A DNA stretch of 64,000 nucleotides from Abditibacterium sp. GTDB taxonomy: Bacteria; Armatimonadota; Abditibacteriia; Abditibacteriales; Abditibacteriaceae. The position numbers and the translations under genes are program-made. Position 1 is the first letter of the stretch. Every line of letters starts with the position of its first letter. Shown piece after piece: positions 1 through 9,790 of this stretch. The stretch lies in contig OZ251992.1 of assembly GCA_965246885.1 (NCBI GenBank), forward strand, positions 832,001 through 896,000. The letters run 5' to 3'. The notes beneath the pieces were generated by a model. That model saw only the letters and a program-made list of their open reading frames with translations. It ran no database searches and was not told the DNA's origin.

Positions 1-933
1 GAACACGACAACGGTTCCGGTCATCCCGAACGGCCCGCGCGCATGGAAGCCATCAGCGCCGCTTTGCGTGAGGTCGGCCTCTGGGAAGCGCTCGACCACC
101 GCGCCTTTGAAATGGCGTCCGAAGCTGATTTGGAAACCTGCCACACCCGCGCCCACATCGAGCGCGTCCGGCAAATGGCCCAAAGCGGCGGCGGGATGCT
201 CGACGGCGATACGGGCGTCGGCCCCGCCTCTTTTGAGGTGGCGGGTCTGGTTGTCGGCGCCGCCATCGAAGCGGTGCGATTGGTTATGCAGGGTGAGGCG
301 CGCAACGCGTTCGTCTGCTCTCGCCCGCCGGGACATCACGCCGAAAGCGGGCGCGACCCCTATGCCCCTTGGGGCTTTTGCTTGTTCAACGCCGTCGCCA
401 TTGCCGCGCGCGCCGCCCAGCGCGACTGGGGCGCGGCGCGCGTGGCCATCCTCGACTTCGACGTGCATCACGGCAACGGCACGCAGGAGATTTTCTATTC
501 TGACCCGTCCGTCCTCTTCGTGTCGCTGCATCAGTCCCCGCTTTTCCCCGGAACCGGCGCGGCATCCGAAAGCGGGAGCGGCGCGGGCGAGGGATTCACC
601 GTCAATTACCCGCTTCCGGCTGGTTCGAGCGGCGCCGTCTACCACCGCGTTTGGGGGAGGGTCGGGGCGCGCGTGCGCGAGTTCAAGCCCGATTTGATCT
701 TGCTTTCCGCGGGTTATGACGCGCACGACGGCGACCCGTTGGGCGGCATGCAACTGACCTCGGACGACTTCGGCGCTCTTGTTTACGACGCCCAAAGTTG
801 GGCCGACGAACTGTGCGGCGGCAAACTCGTCGCCCTCTTGGAAGGCGGCTACGACCTCAATGCCCTCGCCGCGAGCGTCGCCATCACCTTGGGCGTATTG
901 AGTGGGAGAATAGTGGAGGAGTTGCACGGGTGA
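1..933 (+). CDS. Histone deacetylase family (AcuC/AphA-like) protein, 5'-truncated by window edge
   Basis: Frame open from base 1 (EHDNGSGHPERPARM...); motifs RPPGHH, GFCLFN, DFDVHHGNGTQ, SLHQSPLFPGTG, SAGYDAH, LEGGY. Confidence 0.95.
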   Translation, partial: EHDNGSGHPERPARMEAISAALREVGLWEALDHRAFEMASEADLETCHTRAHIERVRQMAQSGGGMLDGDTGVGPASFEVAGLVVGAAIEAVRLVMQGEARNAFVCSRPPGHHAESGRDPYAPWGFCLFNAVAIAARAAQRDWGAARVAILDFDVHHGNGTQEIFYSDPSVLFVSLHQSPLFPGTGAASESGSGAGEGFTVNYPLPAGSSGAVYHRVWGRVGARVREFKPDLILLSAGYDAHDGDPLGGMQLTSDDFGALVYDAQSWADELCGGKLVALLEGGYDLNALAASVAITLGVLSGRIVEELHG

Positions 934-936
934 ACC

Positions 937-1560
937 TCACGGCGCCTCTATCGTATACGGCGTTCCAGCGAGGGGGTTGGGGCGCTTTGCAAAGGGCACG
1001 GCGGCATACTTCCGGTTCCACTTGGCGAACAGCGCCGCGACGGGCGCGGTTTTCTCGACAGAATCGGGCCTGCCGTGTGGGGCAATCACGTTCGCTTTGC
1101 CAACGTAGGTGTTCTGGCGCAAACATTCAAGCAATACGAAACCGTGTTGCATCCCGTCGTGGGGCGGGTAAACTTTCCAGTCGCGCAACACCGTTTGCGC
1201 GACGCGGCGCCTTGCCTTATCGGAAAGAGCAAACAGCGCTCGGTGCTCGCGTCCTCCGGCTTGCTGTGCCCAGAAGCGGACGATGGCCGCCACTTCGCGC
1301 GCGTCGTTGCTCCGTTCCAAGCGCTCCGCCAGAAAGACCGCCACCGCGTCGGGAACAGAGCCGCCGCCGTGTTCCCATGTTTGCCCGCGATACTCCTCCA
1401 AGAAGGCGCTCTTGTCGCTCGCGCCGTTGTACAGCAGGTGGAAGCGGTTCCAGCCGAGCGTGGTGCTGGGCACCATGCGCGCCACGAAATCCAGCGCCGT
1501 CGCGCCGCCAATGACTAAAACTCCGGCGACAACGGCGCGGCTCCAAAAGCGGGTTTTCAT
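937..1560 (-). CDS. Hypothetical membrane-anchored/exported protein
   Basis: MKTRFWSRAVVAGVLVIGG N-terminal hydrophobic segment; fills gap downstream of 1582..3564. Confidence 0.6.
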   Translation of the reverse strand: MKTRFWSRAVVAGVLVIGGATALDFVARMVPSTTLGWNRFHLLYNGASDKSAFLEEYRGQTWEHGGGSVPDAVAVFLAERLERSNDAREVAAIVRFWAQQAGGREHRALFALSDKARRRVAQTVLRDWKVYPPHDGMQHGFVLLECLRQNTYVGKANVIAPHGRPDSVEKTAPVAALFAKWNRKYAAVPFAKRPNPLAGTPYTIEAP

Positions 1561-1581
1561 GGCGAGTCCCAAGAAAAGACG

Positions 1582-3564
1582 TTACTCGAAGCGCGCGTTC
1601 CACAGGGTGGCGTCACCCGTAGCGACAAGAGTGAGCTTTTGCCAGCCGCCCTTGCCGCCGAAGTAGAGCAGGGTGGCGCCGCCTTCGTGCTTGAAGGGGG
1701 TGCCGACGACGCTGAGAGTGGGCGAGTCAATGCGCAACGTGGTGGCGCCGGACGGGACGCAGACCCAGCCGCTCGCGCGTTCTCCGGCTTTGAGGGTGAC
1801 GGGTGCGCGGGCGACTAAAGCGGCGTCGCTCAGGGGCGCGTTGAGGGCGGCGGGGAGGTAGAGCGTGAGCGACTTGCGCGCGGCGAAAGTCGTTTGGAGC
1901 GCGGCGTCAAGGGAGCCGAGCAAGTCTTGCGTGCGGATAAGCGCGCGGCGCGCGGCGATGTTTTGGGTTCCGGCCCCGCGCGCCGACAAGGGCGCAAACG
2001 CGCGGCCCAACAAGGGCGCGCCGTAGGTGCGCTCGGCCATGACGCACAACCCCTGCAAGAACTTGAGGTCGGAGGGGCTACCGTCCAAGCGCGGCGCGGT
2101 CGGGTCGGACGCGACGAAAAAGCGGCGCGCGGAAGCGGCGACGCGTTCGACGTGGAGTAGGGCACCGGCGTGAAAGTCGGGGCTGGGGTCGAGCGCGCCA
2201 GAGTTTTGCGCGGCCCACAGCATGCCAAGCGTTTCGCCCAAAGAGCCGTTGCCGTAGTTTTCCAAGGGCGCTTTAAAGCCGCCAAAGGGTGGCAGGGCGA
2301 CGTGGCCGTATTCGTGGAACAGTTCGCGCGTCCACTCGGCTTCGGAGCGCGCGTAGCCCGCTTTCCAGAACATGATCTCGCCCGGTGCGGTGCCCTCGGT
2401 TTGCCCGGCCAAGGCTTGCCAAGGCTTCATGAGCGCCGTCGGTTGCGCGACGAATATTTTGGGTTTGGGGCCGGTGTTGATGGGTGGCATTTTGGGGCCG
2501 AGTGCGGTGAGCACGACGGGGTCGTCGTCGTCTTGGGGCCACAGCGCCGAAATTTCGAGAAGGTAGAGGGTGGTGACGCCTTCTTGCTCGCCGCGCGAGT
2601 AGAGGTTAGTGGCGCCCAATTGGGTAGCGAAGAGGGCGTGGACGCGCAAGAACTGCGCGGCCAAGGCTTGTGCGCGCGCGGCGTCATCGCGGTTGGCGCG
2701 CGTGAGGAAGGGCGAAGCGTAAAAGACGCGCACGGTTTGGCGCCACTGTCCGGCGTTGGGGCCGAGGGCGATGCGCTCGTAACCCGCGACCATGCGGTTG
2801 AGCTTGACCGAGCCGGGCAAGCGGTCGAGCGCGGCGTCGGTTTCTTCGGCGCCAAGCCCCGCCTTGGGTCGGTAGAAGGGCGGGATTTGGACGAGCGACT
2901 GGTTGCGTTGCGCAGGCGGGAACAGTTGCCCTTCGGTGACGAGGAAAGCCGTTTTGGGAAGCGCGTCGAGCGGGGAGCGTCCGGCGGGGGCGGGGGCGAA
3001 ATCGAAGCGGCGGGCGTGCCACATGTCCTCGTGCGAGCGCGTGGCGATGCCATCTAACACGTCATCGGGTGCCACAAGCGGCAAGCCGCCGCGCAGGAGG
3101 GCGTTGAGTTCGGACTTGGCGTCGCGCACCAGCCGGTCGTCGGGCAAGACCCGCGCGTGTGCGAGCAAGGTCTTGGCGCGCACTAAGGCGGTGATGGCTT
3201 CGTCGCGCTGTCCGAACTGGTCGGCGGCGCGGCCCCAGCGCGCGTGCGCTTCGATGGCGAGGGGGGTGAGGCGGTCGGTGAGCGGGTCGTCGGGAAGCGC
3301 CGGGAGTGCGAGCGCGTTGCCGCCAGCGCTGGCGCCGAGGGCTTTGAGCGCGCTTTGAGCGGCACCGCGCAAGACGCTAACGGAGGCGGGGTTGTTGTCA
3401 TCCAACAGCGCCTGTCCTTTGGCAATGGCGTCCTGAGTGGCAAGGGAGATTTTGTCGTCGGGCGCCGGGGCAGGGGCGAGGGGGGCAAGCTCTTGGGCGA
3501 ACGAGGGCGCGGCGAGGGCGAGTAAGCACAAAAGCGCGCAGGGGCGCACAAAAAAGGGGGACAT
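1582..3564 (-). CDS. Secreted hypothetical protein with HExxH (zincin-like) motif
   Basis: Signal peptide ending PSFA-QE; RELFHEYGH motif; 660-aa ORF. Confidence 0.7.
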   Translation of the reverse strand: MSPFFVRPCALLCLLALAAPSFAQELAPLAPAPAPDDKISLATQDAIAKGQALLDDNNPASVSVLRGAAQSALKALGASAGGNALALPALPDDPLTDRLTPLAIEAHARWGRAADQFGQRDEAITALVRAKTLLAHARVLPDDRLVRDAKSELNALLRGGLPLVAPDDVLDGIATRSHEDMWHARRFDFAPAPAGRSPLDALPKTAFLVTEGQLFPPAQRNQSLVQIPPFYRPKAGLGAEETDAALDRLPGSVKLNRMVAGYERIALGPNAGQWRQTVRVFYASPFLTRANRDDAARAQALAAQFLRVHALFATQLGATNLYSRGEQEGVTTLYLLEISALWPQDDDDPVVLTALGPKMPPINTGPKPKIFVAQPTALMKPWQALAGQTEGTAPGEIMFWKAGYARSEAEWTRELFHEYGHVALPPFGGFKAPLENYGNGSLGETLGMLWAAQNSGALDPSPDFHAGALLHVERVAASARRFFVASDPTAPRLDGSPSDLKFLQGLCVMAERTYGAPLLGRAFAPLSARGAGTQNIAARRALIRTQDLLGSLDAALQTTFAARKSLTLYLPAALNAPLSDAALVARAPVTLKAGERASGWVCVPSGATTLRIDSPTLSVVGTPFKHEGGATLLYFGGKGGWQKLTLVATGDATLWNARFE

Positions 3565-3630
3565 GGAAGTGGATAATCAGCGAGCGTTAATTTTTCCGAC
3601 GCTTGCGCGGGGCTGTGGTTGCGCGCGCCG

Positions 3631-4671
3631 TTAGTGGCAAGCGAGCGAGTCCAGCACGTCGCTGGGGATGTGCTCGTTGGCGGCGCCGACCTCGGACTCA
3701 AAGGCGAAGACGCGGTTGGACGCTTCGCACACCCACACCAGCACGCGCGTCGGCGCGGTCTTGCGGCGCATAACGAGGTCGAAGAACACCGTCGCCAAGC
3801 GCGCGCGCGGATCGCGGGCGTGGCCGTAGTACACGAGGGCGTCGTGGCCGTTGATGGGTATGGTTTCGCCCTCGGCGCGGCGCAGCGTGAGCGCCTTGTT
3901 CTTGAAAGCGATGTTGTAGTCCGCCCACTCCTCTAAGGTCTTGCCTTCAAGGAGGACGTTGGCAACGGGAAAGCGCTGCACGCGCAGCCGTTCGGCGGGC
4001 CGTCCCCATCCCGCCATACCGGTGGGTTTGGGGCGCACCCATTCCCAGTCGAGCTTGGAAACGAGCATCTGCGAGCGCGCGAGCGGAAACTCGTCGGGGA
4101 TTTCGAGGGCCAACTCAAAGGCGGCCCAGCAGTCCCAGCCGCCCTCCCCGTCGCAGTCGAGCGACCCTAAAATCTCGCCCGCGACGCGCTCTACCCGGCG
4201 CGGCGCCTCGTGGTTCTGGCCCAGCAGGTGCGCGACCACGACGCGCTTGCACGTTTCGCACTCCCACGCCACGCCGTATCCGCTACTCGCCGCGCCCGTC
4301 GTGTCGCTCGTCCAACCGAATGAGACGACGCGGTTCTTGCCCTTGCGGTGCTTGGACACGAGGTGTAGCCCGTCCAACTGGGTGAAGGGGCGCTTCTCCT
4401 TTTTGGCAGTTTTGGCGAGCGTGGCGAGGAAGTTCTCGACGGTCTTTTCGACGTTGACGGCGGTTTTGGGGGTTTCCCACTTGATTTCCAAGCGCGCGCC
4501 ATCGGGGTCGTCTATGCGCAGGTCGCCGCGCGCGCGGTCGCCAAACACCTTGCCGGGGTTCCACTCGACCGGCACGTGCAAGGTCACGCCCTGCCAGCCA
4601 AGCGCATGGCGCGCGCGGCCCCATAAGGGCGGAGCGGCGGGGGCTTCGGGGGTAGTTTTGCCGTCTTTCAT
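3631..4671 (-). CDS. Hypothetical protein
   Basis: Likely start MKDGKTT (ATG at 4671), which avoids overlap with the divergent polX; internal repeat WQGVTLHVP / WAAFELALEIP. Confidence 0.65.
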   Translation of the reverse strand: MKDGKTTPEAPAAPPLWGRARHALGWQGVTLHVPVEWNPGKVFGDRARGDLRIDDPDGARLEIKWETPKTAVNVEKTVENFLATLAKTAKKEKRPFTQLDGLHLVSKHRKGKNRVVSFGWTSDTTGAASSGYGVAWECETCKRVVVAHLLGQNHEAPRRVERVAGEILGSLDCDGEGGWDCWAAFELALEIPDEFPLARSQMLVSKLDWEWVRPKPTGMAGWGRPAERLRVQRFPVANVLLEGKTLEEWADYNIAFKNKALTLRRAEGETIPINGHDALVYYGHARDPRARLATVFFDLVMRRKTAPTRVLVWVCEASNRVFAFESEVGAANEHIPSDVLDSLACH

Positions 4672-4683
4672 ACTCGAAGTATC

Positions 4684-6387
4684 ATGCAAAACGCCGCCCT
4701 CGCCCGCCAGTTCGAGCAAATCGCCGCGTATCTCGAACTGGCGGGCGACTCCATCTTCAAAATCCGCGCCTACCGCGAGGCCGCCGCCGCCATCGCCGAC
4801 TACCCCGCGCCCATCGAAGACGCCGACCTCGACGCCATCGAGGGACTGGGCACCGCAACCATCGCCAAGTCGCGCGAGTGGTTCAAATCGGGCAAAATCC
4901 GCGTCCTGGAGTCGCTCAAAACCCAGTTCCCGTCCGGCCTGCTCGACGTGTTGCGCGTGCCGGGACTTGGCCCGAAGAAAGTGCAACTGCTGTGGAAAGA
5001 AAAGGGCGTGGACTCGCTCCCGAAATTCCAAGCCGCATTAGAAAACGGCGATTTAGTGGGCCTCGCCGGATTCGGCCCGAAAACCCTCGACAATCTCCAG
5101 ACCGCGCTGCGACGCATGAGCGAATTGACCGCCCGCACCCCGCTCCCCGAAGCGACGGCGCTGGCGGCAAAGATACTCGCGCATCTGGCGGAAAAGGCGC
5201 CGGGCGTGCGCGTCGAAATCGCCGGGGACTTGCGGCGCGGGTGTGATACGGTTGGCAAGTTGATCCTCGTGGCGAGCGGGCAGGAAACGGAGGATAGACG
5301 GCGAACGCTGGATGATTTCGCTGAGTTTCCGGGGTTTGAGGCTGTCACTGAGCGTGGGAGGCGCCGTGTTTTGGCTCTCACTTTCGAGGGAATCGAGTGT
5401 GAACTCCACGCCACGTCCCCTGATCTTTTTGGCTCGGCGTTGTTCTTTCACACTGGCTCGAAGGCGCACTACGCGAAAAGCGGGGCTACCGCCTCCTTCC
5501 AATCAACTTCCGCCGCGCCCGATTGGAAGGAGGCGGTAGCCCCGCTTTTCCCCACCGAGCGCGAACTCTACGCCCACTTCAACGCCGATTACATCCCGCC
5601 CGAACTGCGCGAGGGGCAGGGCGAGTGGGAGTTGGCGCGCGCTCACAAACTCCCGAATCTCATCGAAACCTCTGACATCAAGGGCGATTTGCACACGCAC
5701 TCGACGTGGAGCGACGGCGTTGCCACCATCCGCCAGATGGCGGCGGCGATGAGCGCGCGCGGCTACGCCTATTTCGCGGTGTGCGACCACTCGAAGGCGC
5801 TCGCCATGACGAACGGACTCGACGCTTTTCGCGTGCGCGAGCAAGCCCACGAAATCGCCGAAGTGCAAGCCGACTTTCCCCACCTTCGCATCTTGCGCGG
5901 CATCGAGTGCGACATCCTGCGCGACGGGAGCATGGACTTGGACGACGAACTGCTGAGCGAACTCGACTTTGTCGTCGGCAGCGTTCATTCCGCTTTTAAC
6001 TTGCCCCTCGCCGAGCAAACCGACCGCATCATCAAGGCCATCCAGAACCCGCACGTTGACCTCATTGGCCACCCGACGGGCCGCGTGTTGGGCGTGCGCG
6101 CGCCGTATGATGTGGACGTGCCCGCCCTCATCGCCGCCGCTAAAGAAAGTGGTTGCGCGCTCGAAATCAACGCCAGCGAGCGCCTCGACCTCAAGGATGA
6201 ACACGCCCGTCTCGCCCGCGAAAGCGGCGTGATGCTGTGCATCAACACCGACGCGCACGGCCCCAAAATGCTGCCCAACATCGCCTTCGGCGTCGCCGTC
6301 GCCAGACGCGCCGGATGCGAGGAGCGCGACGTGCTGAACACTAAGTCACTCGATGAGTTGCGGCTTTGGCTCGGAAAGCGCGTCTAA
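4684..6387 (+). CDS. polX: PolX-PHP (family X DNA polymerase / 3'-5' exonuclease), polymerase active site altered
   Basis: FKIRAYR, HhH motifs VPGLGPKK and GFGPKT, IPPELREG; PHP motifs DLHTHSTWSDG, CDHS, GIECDI, GSVH, GHPTGR, EIN, NTDAH. Confidence 0.93.
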   Translation: MQNAALARQFEQIAAYLELAGDSIFKIRAYREAAAAIADYPAPIEDADLDAIEGLGTATIAKSREWFKSGKIRVLESLKTQFPSGLLDVLRVPGLGPKKVQLLWKEKGVDSLPKFQAALENGDLVGLAGFGPKTLDNLQTALRRMSELTARTPLPEATALAAKILAHLAEKAPGVRVEIAGDLRRGCDTVGKLILVASGQETEDRRRTLDDFAEFPGFEAVTERGRRRVLALTFEGIECELHATSPDLFGSALFFHTGSKAHYAKSGATASFQSTSAAPDWKEAVAPLFPTERELYAHFNADYIPPELREGQGEWELARAHKLPNLIETSDIKGDLHTHSTWSDGVATIRQMAAAMSARGYAYFAVCDHSKALAMTNGLDAFRVREQAHEIAEVQADFPHLRILRGIECDILRDGSMDLDDELLSELDFVVGSVHSAFNLPLAEQTDRIIKAIQNPHVDLIGHPTGRVLGVRAPYDVDVPALIAAAKESGCALEINASERLDLKDEHARLARESGVMLCINTDAHGPKMLPNIAFGVAVARRAGCEERDVLNTKSLDELRLWLGKRV

Positions 6388-6396
6388 CCTCTTCGC

Positions 6397-7881
6397 ATGA
6401 ACTTCCAATCCATCTACGGCTTCGAGACCGAATACGGCATCACGGTCGAGGGCGCCGACGCATCGGCGCTCATTGCCGCGTCGCGCGAAGTGGTCAAGGC
6501 CTACTCGTCGCTTGGCCTGCCCGCCGTAACGCGCTGGAATTATCGCGCCGAAGACCCGCGCAACGACCAGCGCGGCTTTCACGTCGAGCGATTGTCCGTT
6601 GACCCGGTTGACGCGCAGTTCGACCGCCCCGGCGAACGCGCGCACTCGCCCGAATCCGACCGGTGTGACCATCTCCTTGCCAACGGCGCGCGCTTTTACA
6701 ATGATCACGGGCACCCCGAATACTCCACGCCCGAATGTGCCGACTTGAGAAGTCTCGTCGCGCACGACAAGGCGGGCGAACGCATCGCCCTCCAATGCGC
6801 GCAGATTTATGGCGCCCGCATCGGCAAGAGCGTCGAGATTTGGAAGAACAACACCGACTTTCACGGCGCGAGTTACGGCTCGCACGAATCCTACTTGGTG
6901 CGCCGCGATGTCGCATGGGATGCCTTCGTCGCGGGCCTCGCGCCGTTTTTGGCGACGCGCATTATCTTCTGCGGCGCCGGAAAAGTCGGTTGCGAGGAGC
7001 GCGGGCACGACTGCGACTACCAACTCTCGCAGCGCGCCGACTTCTTTTCGGTGCTTCAAAGCGTGGATACGCTCAACAACCGCCCGCTCGTCAACACGCG
7101 CGACGAACCGCACGGCGACGCGCGCGCCTTTCGCCGCTTGCACGTCATCGCGGGCGACGCCAACATGAGCGAATGGGCCATCGCCCTGCGCGCCGGAACG
7201 ACGAACTTGGTCGCGGCGCTCATCGAAAGCGGCTGGCAGTTGGGCTTTGAACTGCGCGACCCGGTGCGCGCCATCAAGCACATCTCCCGCGACGCCAGCT
7301 ACAAATGGCCCGTCGAAACCTCACGCGGGAGCCTGAGCGCCGTAGACGTGCAGCGCGCTTACTTGGAAGGCGCCCGCGAACTGAACCTTCCCGGCTCCGA
7401 CTGGGTCTTGGAAGAGTGGGCCGAGGCGCTCGATACCCTCGAACGCGACCCGATGGAACTCTTCGACCGCTGCGACTGGGTCGCCAAAAAGCTGCTCCTC
7501 GACCAGTTCGCCGAAGCCGAAGACCTCGACTGGAAGCGCGACCGCCTCAGCTTGCAATCGCTCGATCTCGCTTATTGCAACGTCCACCCCGACGCCGGAC
7601 TTTACGCCGCCTTAGTCGAAGATGGCGCCATGCGCACCCTCGTCACCGACGCAGAAATCGAAGCCGCCCGCCAAGCCGCGCCCAACAACACCCGCGCAGG
7701 GGTGCGCGGCGCCCTCGTCGGGAAGTTCGCGGCGCAAATCAAGCAACTCTCTTGGGGCGCCCTCGAAACCCGCGCCGGGACGCGCTTGGCCCTTCCCGAA
7801 ACGGGCGACTTCGGGGAGATGCTCGCCCAAGTCGCGGCGGCGGGCGATATCGAGGAGTTAGCGGGGAAGTGGGGGGAGTAG
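6397..7881 (+). CDS. dop: Pup deamidase/depupylase Dop (Pup-ligase/PafA2 family)
   Basis: GFETEYGI, ANGARFYNDHGHPEYSTPEC, KNNTD..GASYGSHESY, YQLSQRADFF, LNNRPLVNTRDEPH, RRLHVIAGDANMSE. Confidence 0.88.
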   Translation: MNFQSIYGFETEYGITVEGADASALIAASREVVKAYSSLGLPAVTRWNYRAEDPRNDQRGFHVERLSVDPVDAQFDRPGERAHSPESDRCDHLLANGARFYNDHGHPEYSTPECADLRSLVAHDKAGERIALQCAQIYGARIGKSVEIWKNNTDFHGASYGSHESYLVRRDVAWDAFVAGLAPFLATRIIFCGAGKVGCEERGHDCDYQLSQRADFFSVLQSVDTLNNRPLVNTRDEPHGDARAFRRLHVIAGDANMSEWAIALRAGTTNLVAALIESGWQLGFELRDPVRAIKHISRDASYKWPVETSRGSLSAVDVQRAYLEGARELNLPGSDWVLEEWAEALDTLERDPMELFDRCDWVAKKLLLDQFAEAEDLDWKRDRLSLQSLDLAYCNVHPDAGLYAALVEDGAMRTLVTDAEIEAARQAAPNNTRAGVRGALVGKFAAQIKQLSWGALETRAGTRLALPETGDFGEMLAQVAAAGDIEELAGKWGE

Positions 7882-7886
7882 ATGTG

Positions 7887-8693
7887 TTACACCCCCGCAA
7901 TCGGCGGCAATATCGGCTTCGCCGCTTCGCAATGGGCGCGCGCGAAGTCGCCAAAGAGGGCGAACTCTTCGTCCGACGCGAACGCGCGGCGGGGGACGAT
8001 GAAGGCGCTGCGCGGTTGGTCGAAGAGGAACAAGTGCGTGGGCGTCTGGGCCACGCGCTCGATGCCCGACCACGCGGTTTGCGTCGTCGTCGGGTTGTAG
8101 GATAGTTGCACCCCGTCCGCCGATAGCGTGAAGGTGCTGGGGTTTTGCAGAATCGGCAACTTGGACTGGGCTTTTCTACTCGTACTGAGGATGAACCACC
8201 AAAACGCGACCAGCAGCACCATCGGCAACAGCAGGGAAACAAGGCTTACCAACGGCGAATTGCTCGCTCCCGCATGGGAATAGCGATACGAGTGCGGCGC
8301 CGCCATCTGTGCTTTGACCACCAGACCCGCGAACAACGTGAACGCGAGCAATAATCCCAGCAGGCGAAGCAGTCGCGTCTTATATGAGGCGGGCGAGGTG
8401 AGGAAAAACCAGAACGCCATCAGAAACACCAGAGGGCCGACGCCGGCGACGAGGTTCATCACCGGCAACATGCCCGCTCCCGTAGCACCATAGCGAGTAG
8501 AAGGCGGCACCATCCCCGCTTTGATGATGATCATACCGGCAATTAGAACCCCTAAAAACACCGGAACAAGCCTGCGGACAACCGAGGTGTTTCGAGAACC
8601 GTTGCCTTTGGCGCCCTTACTAAGGAAGTTGGAAAGAGCATCCGCGTCGGCACTTTCGAGTTGGTAATGCGCCGTGAGAATCGAAGAAGTCAC
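7887..8693 (-). CDS. YcxB-like membrane protein
   Basis: GTG start (VTSSILTAHY); TM hairpins followed by C-terminal W..I..V..TPTHLFLF....AFIVPRRAF pattern. Confidence 0.75.
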   Translation of the reverse strand: MTSSILTAHYQLESADADALSNFLSKGAKGNGSRNTSVVRRLVPVFLGVLIAGMIIIKAGMVPPSTRYGATGAGMLPVMNLVAGVGPLVFLMAFWFFLTSPASYKTRLLRLLGLLLAFTLFAGLVVKAQMAAPHSYRYSHAGASNSPLVSLVSLLLPMVLLVAFWWFILSTSRKAQSKLPILQNPSTFTLSADGVQLSYNPTTTQTAWSGIERVAQTPTHLFLFDQPRSAFIVPRRAFASDEEFALFGDFARAHCEAAKPILPPIAGV

Positions 8694-8731
8694 GCCCCTA
8701 TTTTCCCCCAATGCGGGCGCGGTTTCAAGGC

Positions 8732-9631
8732 TTATTCCGGTTTGAGCAATTCCCCCACCACTGCGCCCAGATGCGACACGAAGGCGCGCACGCCCACCCG
8801 TTCGTCGCGGCCTTTGCGCCGCAGGAGGGCGATGGTGCGGTGCGGGCGCGGGTTGGTGAGGGCGACGGCGCGCCAGCCGCGCGCTTGGCCGGGGTGGAGC
8901 GATTCTTGGAGCATCGGCGCGGGCAGGATGGCGGGCAATTGGGCGGCGACGGCGGCGCGAAAGACCGCTTCGGTCGAGGGGAACTGCGCCAAAATGCGCG
9001 GCGCGATGCCCGCACGGGCGAGGGCGTCGTCCAAGATGGTGCGAAGCGGCGACGGCGACGGGCACAGCAAGCCCACCCCGTCCAAATCGGCGACGCGCAC
9101 CCGCGCGTGCATCCCCAAACGGTGCGATGGCGGCAACCACAGCGCCAAATCTTCATCGAAGAGCGGCTCCGCGTTGAGGTTCGGTGCGGGCAGGGTGCCG
9201 ATGGCCAAGTCCAACTCCTCGCGGGCCACCGCCCAGCCGAGTTCCAGCGCGGGCAACGTCTCGACCTCGATTTGTAGCCCCGACTGTTCAATCGCCCGCG
9301 CCACGACGGGCGGCAAGAGGTAGTCGCCTGTGCTTTCAAGCGCCCCGACGCGAAGCGGCTCCAACGGCGCCGCCTCGTCCTGCCCCAACGCCGACACCGC
9401 CTCGTCCATCTCGCGGAGCACCCGCTCGGCGTAGGGCCGGAACCGCTCGCCCGCGACAGTGAGTTGCACCCCGCCCGCCCCGCGATGAAAGAGCGGCGCC
9501 CCCAATTCGTCTTCCAACTGCTTGATTTGCTGCGACAGCGTCGGCTGCGACACATACAGCTTTTGCGCCGCGCGCGTAAAATGCGCGGCATCGGCGACCG
9601 CCAGAAAGTAGCGTAGGTGACGAAGTTCCAC
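8732..9631 (-). CDS. LysR family transcriptional regulator (CynR-like)
   Basis: ELRHLRYFLAVADAAHFTRAAQKLYVSQPTLSQQIKQLEDELGAPLF HTH; substrate-binding domain follows. Confidence 0.95.
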   Translation of the reverse strand: MELRHLRYFLAVADAAHFTRAAQKLYVSQPTLSQQIKQLEDELGAPLFHRGAGGVQLTVAGERFRPYAERVLREMDEAVSALGQDEAAPLEPLRVGALESTGDYLLPPVVARAIEQSGLQIEVETLPALELGWAVAREELDLAIGTLPAPNLNAEPLFDEDLALWLPPSHRLGMHARVRVADLDGVGLLCPSPSPLRTILDDALARAGIAPRILAQFPSTEAVFRAAVAAQLPAILPAPMLQESLHPGQARGWRAVALTNPRPHRTIALLRRKGRDERVGVRAFVSHLGAVVGELLKPE

Positions 9632-9667
9632 GCATCCCATTGTAAAGCGAACGCGCGCCACCCGACA

Positions 9668-9691
9668 ATTCGATTTTCCAATCGCCCCCAT
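9668..9691. promoter_or_regulatory. Putative LysR operator (T-N11-A) between regulator and first ferredoxin
   Basis: ATTCGATTTTCCAAT-CGCCCCCAT; similar copy at 10031. Confidence 0.5.
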
Positions 9692-9790
9692 CGCGCGGGC
9701 GCCAATCCGCTTTATTCGCCGCCTCCCAATGGCGCCGATGGGAAGTAAGTCTTGGACTTGCGCGCCCCGATGCAGGAAAATGATTGGCCT

